From positions 10,974,001 to 11,038,000 of the forward strand of contig OX597832.1 of the NCBI GenBank assembly GCA_951406725.2: a stretch of 64,000 nt of DNA. Reading direction: 5' to 3'. The position numbers were made by a program, and so were the translations under genes. The stretch comes from Octopus vulgaris (Eukaryota). The notes under the pieces are model-generated. The model searched no databases. It was not told the origin of the DNA and worked only from the letters and a program-made list of their open reading frames with translations. Within the stretch, counting starts at the first letter, position 1; each line of letters opens with the position of its first letter. Shown in pieces: positions 57,041 through 64,000 of the stretch.

Positions 57041-58672
57041 TCTTTGTTTCAGCTCATGATCTCAGATCAGGTCGCTTGCTATGCAAGTAAATCTCCGTAA
57101 TATTCCTTTTCAATTTTAGGGAAAAGACTCATTGTCTGTATGCTTACACATTAAAAATTTGACATATTGGAAAAATCCCATGATAGCAAATTAACCAACA
57201 CTGACAATTGTAACCACTATTTTTTTTTAAAGCTAGTGTGTCATTTCAGCAATTTGCACTCAATATGTTCATTAGCCTTCATTTTTTAAAAAGTATTTTT
57301 CTAACTGTAAATAGAAAATACTTTGTCTGATAATTCAAATTTTAAAGAAATTAATTCTTTTGTTTCTTTAAAAAAAATTTAGTTTTTACTCATTTGTATT
57401 GCATATATCTACATCAGTTTAATCATAAATTACAAGATCTCTGATTTAAAATTTTTGGATAATGAGTTTTGTTAAGAAAATAAAATTAAAAAATAATATA
57501 ATATGAAAAATTAGAGAGAAATGTTTTAGCTTATTACATAGAAATTTTAAATGAAAATATTAACTGAAAATGATTTGTAAGACTAATGGAAAAATATGCT
57601 AGAAGTAAAGCAGTGCACCCAATATTTGTTTAGCAATTTCAGAAATATACTTAGAAAATTCTAAATTCCACTGAAATATTTTAAGTTTTCCTTTATCTTC
57701 TTGTCCAGTACTTTTCTCGGCTTAATTATTGCTTCTTCTTTACTTTTCCAAGTTCGAAATTTGAGAATATTCTAGAATTCTGCATTAGCATTTATTGTTC
57801 TAGTCTAATTTTTTTTCCAGGAAACGCTTTAAGTATTATAAGCAATTATATTTACCTTTATAATTAAAATATTGACGCTTTTGTAAATATTTCTAAATAC
57901 AGATTTTATTCAAACTTAGAATATTAATAAATATATACCGTCAGTGTTTAGATCTGTTTACCACTAAAACTCAGGCTTGCTGTGCAAAAAGTAATGTTAA
58001 AATTACATATCCAACGCAACCATAAGTGTTACCTGATTCAGTTGGTATAAACAGATAAAAAATGGAACACGTTCAAGCAAAGCATTTGTTACTCGAGGTT
58101 GTTTACTTCATAATGAAATTATAAAACCTACATTATATAGTATAGAAGCTAAGTTTCTTAAGTTGTTTCTGGAATACCTGATCAAGTGGACCATTAGAAA
58201 TTTTGTTTGGTGTGTGTTTGTGTGTGACAGGTGTGTATATATATATATATATATATATGAGAACACCTATCCTCGCGTCAATACATATCTATATGTCTAA
58301 TCTTACACTTTTCTTCGCTTGGCATTGAAGACATTGAAATATTTTCGATCTTAGAATGGATCTGTTAACTAATATACTTCTGTTGTCGGACCTCCTTAAC
58401 TCTTTACCTGCTGAACAATTTACCTTCTGAACGAAACCGTTCATATTCGGGACTACCAACGGAATGTATAAGACTTCATTAGTGCTATGACTTCTTTAAA
58501 CCTTTAATTCTTCAATCGTGGAATTGCCTAATACAGTTTCCTCACATTCTAACGGATGACAGGTAATATTCTAAATTAAGGATCTGAATTTGAACATTGC
58601 TTTACCTTGATCTCTCCAAACACAGTATATTTGGATTGTTCGAATTCATTACACATTAACATGATCCACATA

Positions 58673-58713
<41 letters not shown>

Positions 58714-59459
58714 ATGGTTACAATATAATTGCCACTGGATCTATGTGATGAATTCCGCAGATTTCGTAGAATGTATAATGAGGAGTAAACGGGAAATGGA
58801 TTTAGCAAGAATCTTTATTCAACACATCAATCGTTTCAACTCATCATGCATTTGCCCTTTATGGGTGGGATATTGTACTGAGCTATGACGAGCCGCAGGC
58901 AAAATACGGGATGTCGCACATGAGAAGAGCGAAATTCAAAAAATATAAAATATACGATACCGATAGATTCAAAGAACTAATGGTTACAGAATTTTAAAGG
59001 AAATTGATATTAAAATCAGACTTAGATGTCTATTTTTGTTTTAAAAGAATATTCAGGTGAAGTTATAGCACAAATAATAGATGTGTTATGTGTTTAGAGA
59101 AATGTAGAAGTTTTTATTAATGTAACTATATAATAGTAAGAACTACCTTCTTCATGTTTCCTACGAGAATATGTCTTCTAACCTTACGTAATAAATTAGT
59201 CAATATGTTAGAATACATTTCTCAAGAAAATGCTTCAAACCAGTAAATAATAAATAGTTTGAAATCCGTTTTACACTTGCGTTTATTTATTAATCATTTT
59301 TTGTTTTATATTTTTAAGACGTATTTTGATTTGTAGGTCATTTGATATATGCATCTTTAATTCCTGCACTTTCGTGACTGGCTTCAAAAACTTAACCCAT
59401 GTGCATATGCATGTTTATTTGGACTAGGTGTCTATGTGTGTGCATATGGTTATCTATGG

Positions 59460-59673
59460 ATATATGTTTATGTATATATATATATATAAATTATATCTAC
59501 ATATATATACACATGTATATATATGTGTGTATATATACATATATATATGTACATATATACATATATACATATATACATATATGTACATATATACATATAT
59601 GTACATATATACATATATGTACATATATACATATATATACATATATACATACATATATATATATATGTATATG

Positions 59674-59707
<34 letters not shown>

Positions 59708-59716
59708 CATATATAT

Positions 59717-59747
<31 letters not shown>

Positions 59748-59762
59748 TACATATATACATAC

Positions 59763-59808
<46 letters not shown>

Positions 59809-59810
59809 GA
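59460..59810. repeat. Compound (TA)n/(TACA)n microsatellite with 18-bp subrepeats
   Basis: Directly visible. Confidence 0.95.
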
Positions 59811-61656
59811 GTTGCGCGTGCGTGCGTGTGGTATGTGCTTTCTAAATCGTTACTTTTTCTCTCGATATCTCTACACAACAGAAACGGTTATTTCATTATG
59901 TGCTTCCTTACACTTTTCAATACATTGGATATTTAACCAAAACATGTAAGAGAATTGGTAAAAATACAATAAAACCAATCGATCTGTTTGTCCAAGAATA
60001 CGATACATGTTTGTATTGAAAAGAAATAATTGTTCTTGAAGCGCAAGTTAAAACTTCGAACATAAATCATTAAATTATTTTGAAGGAAAAAATAGTTTGA
60101 GTGTATTTTGACGCACACACGTTTAATGATCGATAGATAAATGTCAAGAAATATTAATATAATAATATATGAATACATTTTAATAGGCAGAAATACAGAT
60201 TTCAACAGAATAATTCTTCATGAAGTGTTTACAAGATACGTTTATGTATTAGTTTTAGGTGAGCATAGCTAGAGGTAAATAATCATATTTAGACAGATAT
60301 ATAAACACAGACACACACACATACATACAAAGATACATACATGCATACATACATACATACTTACATGTTGTATGATGGAGCCGATTATAATTTATGCATG
60401 ATGTTATTTTATATTTTAAACAATTCTCTCTTATATCTTCGCAGCTTAATATTAAATATAAACACGATTTTTCCACGCGGTTTTGTGTTCCCAACAGTTG
60501 TACAGCAAATTACTATCGTTTTTTATTCCAAATGTGAATTCCTAAATAGCAGTGACATTTTTAATCTCTGAAGTTATCAACATGTGAAATTGTAATATTG
60601 AGCTTTTAGTACAATGCATACTTCCTGGCCAACAGGGAAACGAACACTACAAAAATATCCATCATGCGTTCATCTGTTTGTGTTCTTGCGTCTGTATGCG
60701 TATATGTATTGTGATCTGTTTTCATAGCAATACGTAGTATTCCAACAATTAGCAGCTCCAAGCAAAATCCAATTAATTGCATAGTCTGTATTCTATATAT
60801 TTATTCCTGAGATGCTATTACCAAAACCTTTCTACTCATCACATGAACCAAAGTGGTTTTTATAATAGCTCAGATTTAGCATTCGCTCTCACGCGGTATA
60901 CTAAAAGAGAATTGCGTTGTAAATATACTTTTTATATCGTATGTAATTCCAGTTACGTTATTTCCTTCTTACCGCGTTCACAAGTGTAATGTGTATTGAA
61001 ATATATGATACTTATATGCAGTAACAAAGTTACATTATGTGCTAGTGAGGCGAAAAGGTAATTTTTCGCTTTCTAATGCTTCTTTTATTTGGCTAACTTC
61101 AGAGATTTTATAATAACCGACAGTCGCTTGCTTATTTGTAACATATAATTGGTTTTCATTGTATCGGGAAGGATATTTGTAAAATACTAGGAAAATGTTT
61201 CTAGGAAGGGAATCCACGTAATACTGAGAATATGATTACTTTCTTTCATCGTTACCATAGTCACTGTTTTAGCAGGCTGAAACATAAATTTTGAAAATTA
61301 CTTTTCCTGTCTCCTAATTTCGACAATGTATCATAAGGTAGGTCAGTAATGATCTTGCCGGGTTAAAACTAGTAATGTTCTCGCCGGGTTAAAAAGAGCG
61401 ATATTTTCGGAAAATTAGTTACATTCACGATCCAGGAAAAACTGAAGAAGAAGCTACTATTTACACTGCGATGAAGTACGAGAATATGGAAGAATAAAAT
61501 TGTCAACTAACATCTCACAAAATTCATATCATATCAATTTTTATAGACAGACTTCCATACTACAGGAAGGGAGTGACTGTGCCGTGAGAAGAATTATATC
61601 ATTTCTGAGTGATATTTAATACTCTCTTCTCAGGCACATGGAATTATCTGATATAT

Positions 61657-61860
61657 TTATTTCAAAGTTTTGCACAAAGCCAGCAATTCTGGGGAGAGGG
61701 AAAGTCGATTACATCGACTTCAGTGCACAACTGGTATTTGTTTTATCCACACTGAATGGATTAAAGGCAAAGTCGACCCAGGTGAACTTTGACATTTGAA
61801 GACGGGCAAATTGCGGCTAAGTATTTTGCCCAGCGTGCTAGCGATTCTGCAAGCACGACT
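61657..61860 (-). mobile_element. SINE family B, diverged
   Basis: aagtcgattacatcgac...aaaggcaaagtcgaccc...cagcgtgctagcgattctgc. Confidence 0.8.
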
Positions 61861-62130
61861 TTTAATCATCTCGTATACTAAACAGAAAAATATTTCAATT
61901 ATTCCCTCTAGATCTTAATTCCTTATACTTTTGTTTATTTCAATGTGCGATCATCCATAATCATATAATTTTGTTGAATGAATCTTAAGAAAAAAAAGCA
62001 TAACGCCTCCTTTACTATATTAGCGCTCTCTCAGAAGATATTTTATATAATTTTCATCACTGACTCTATTTCCTCCCAGTCTATCAATATTTTGTATTAC
62101 TTACTCTTTTGATCCTTCTCTTTTACCTTT

Positions 62131-62354
62131 TTCTTTGTTTCAGTCATTTGACTTTGGCCATTCTGGAGCACCGTCTTTTGTCGAGCAAATCTTCCCCAGG
62201 ACTTATTCTTTGTATCGGTCTTATTCTTTTTCTATCGGTCTCTTTTGTTACGGGGGCGTAAACACACCACCACCGGTTATCAAGCGATGTTGGGGGACAA
62301 ACACAAACACATAAGCACACACACACACACACACACACATACATACATACACAC

Positions 62355-62391
<37 letters not shown>

Positions 62392-62555
62392 CACGACGGA
62401 CTTCTTTCAGTTTCCGTCTACCAAATCTACTCAAGGATTTAGTCGGCCCAAGGCTATAGCAGAAGACACTAGCCCAAGGTGCCATGCAGTGGGACTGAAC
62501 CCAGAACCATGTGGTTGGTAAGCAAGCTACTTATCACACAGCTACTCCTACGCCT
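62131..62555 (-). mobile_element. SINE family A, full length
   Basis: tgtttcagtcatttgact...cccaaggtgccatgcagtgggactgaaccc...gctactcctacgcct. Confidence 0.92.
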
Positions 62556-64000
62556 ACTTCTCGAACAAATCTGTTGCTTATTCATTGTAATGACCTTCCT
62601 ACCAGATCTCTCCTACTCCTTCCTAGTTCCGTTTGTTTATATGCGTGGCGTTGATGTCGTGTGCGTGTCATTTTGTCCGTTGCCCCTCGACATTATGCCT
62701 ACTTGACTATATCTCAACCAGTAGGCTCTCAACGTATTCTTAGATGTATATCGTATTTCTGCTCTTCTACAAGATCCATTTCCACTCCTCCTCCTTTAAG
62801 CATCGAACATTTCCGTCTCTGCCAGCCAAATTGACATTCCACCTCTCTTCAACATCAACGTTTCCATATCACTTCATCATTTCTTTGATTTCTACATCTA
62901 CAATATTACAGCGTAATGACGAAAGAATTTATTTTGCCGTTCGTCCTCTAAGCATTTAAGAAAAGATACGTATTTTTTTTTCTTTCCATTGCGGCAAAAA
63001 ACAGTCATATCATTTTCTTTGAACAATGCATGTTGCATTTATTTAGTTTTTTGTTTTTTTTCAGACACAAAACATTACTAGATTTCCAAGATTGTATTGT
63101 TTTACAAAGTATATCATTGTATTTCTCCTTAATATCATACGACGAACGAAAATTAATGAGGAAACACTTCACACACCCTGCAAATTGAAAATTCTAATTC
63201 ATGTTAAGTATTTTTTTTTTTTCCAATTATTCCTCTTCCAATTCATCTCATTCACACAATTAAAATTGGTAATTTATGAGACTTAAAATCACTTTTAAAA
63301 TTGACTGCTAATTTTCTTGAACGATAGAATTAGACGGTCGTCGTTAAATGAAATAGAAAAATCCTCGTTTTATTTTAAATTTTTTTTCAACGTTTTCTTT
63401 TAAAAAGCTGTTGCAGCACCGTGCATAATTATAATGCAAAGAAGTTTCCTTGGATGATGTTTCAAATTAAACGGTCTTATACTCCTAAACAAATGAGAAA
63501 GCTCTTAATGAACAATAGAATAATGCCTGAGATCAAATAAATTTTGAAGCAAACGTGTTTTGAAACTCAAAATGATATTCCAGAGATTAGAATTCCTGTA
63601 AAGTTACGAAGCTTTACGTGACTAAAAGGTTTTAGATTCACATTATTCCTAACATATGCAATAATGGTTTTCATGTAGTAAACTCATGTTTCTCGTTTAT
63701 ATATTCATACAATAATGAACAAAAAGGGGCATTCAAGAGGTAAATATATCTATTAACTATTAATATCCAAACTTCTCTGAGTATAGTATCTGATCATTTT
63801 CGAAAATAGGGGATTCATAACATTATTATAAACATAAGTTTTTCATATTATGAGCACCAAATTATATTTTGTTAAGAAACAGAGCCTTTATCTTTAAGTT
63901 AATAAGGTACTGGGATTTCTCAATGTGGGAAAAATTCGCTCAATATCTTATAAATTATGATGCTAAAATGTGAAGCTTATGTAAGCACACTCTACTTTAA

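Noticed and set aside
58810-58850. Minus-strand ATGATGAG-TT-GAAACGATTG (similar remnant near 38780-38880)
   Set aside because: No stem II or cleavage triplet; at most a PLE-end remnant.
62600-62880. Possible RTE 3' remnant on the - strand (MK*YGNV)
   Set aside because: Similarity too weak to support by eye.
63035-63064. Strong splice acceptor (tttttgtttttttcag)
   Set aside because: No convincing downstream donor or coding signal; such tracts are common in AT-rich DNA.

Overview
AT-rich, microsatellite-saturated eukaryotic non-coding DNA. The tRNA-derived SINE families look like those of Octopus (inference from recognition, not a database hit). No host protein-coding exon can be supported; nearly all ORFs in the track are microsatellite or antisense artefacts. 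The window holds about 25 SINE copies or fragments from three families, decayed RTE-clade LINE fragments, a decayed Penelope-like element (PLE), a ~2.4 kb (TA)n array, a 483-bp near-perfect inverted duplication and a tandem duplication. Main finding: several unrelated short fold-back elements (8.7-9.1, 26.3-26.6, 56.8-57.0 kb; a related copy at 50.8-51.2 kb and a lone motif at 45.2 kb) carry minimal type I hammerhead-ribozyme folds. Their stem III is self-complementary, and the 3-8 core pair covaries (C-G, U-A, G-C). In the 51 kb copy both inner junctions fall at the predicted self-cleavage site. A candidate recursive-splicing site lies at 4459/4460.
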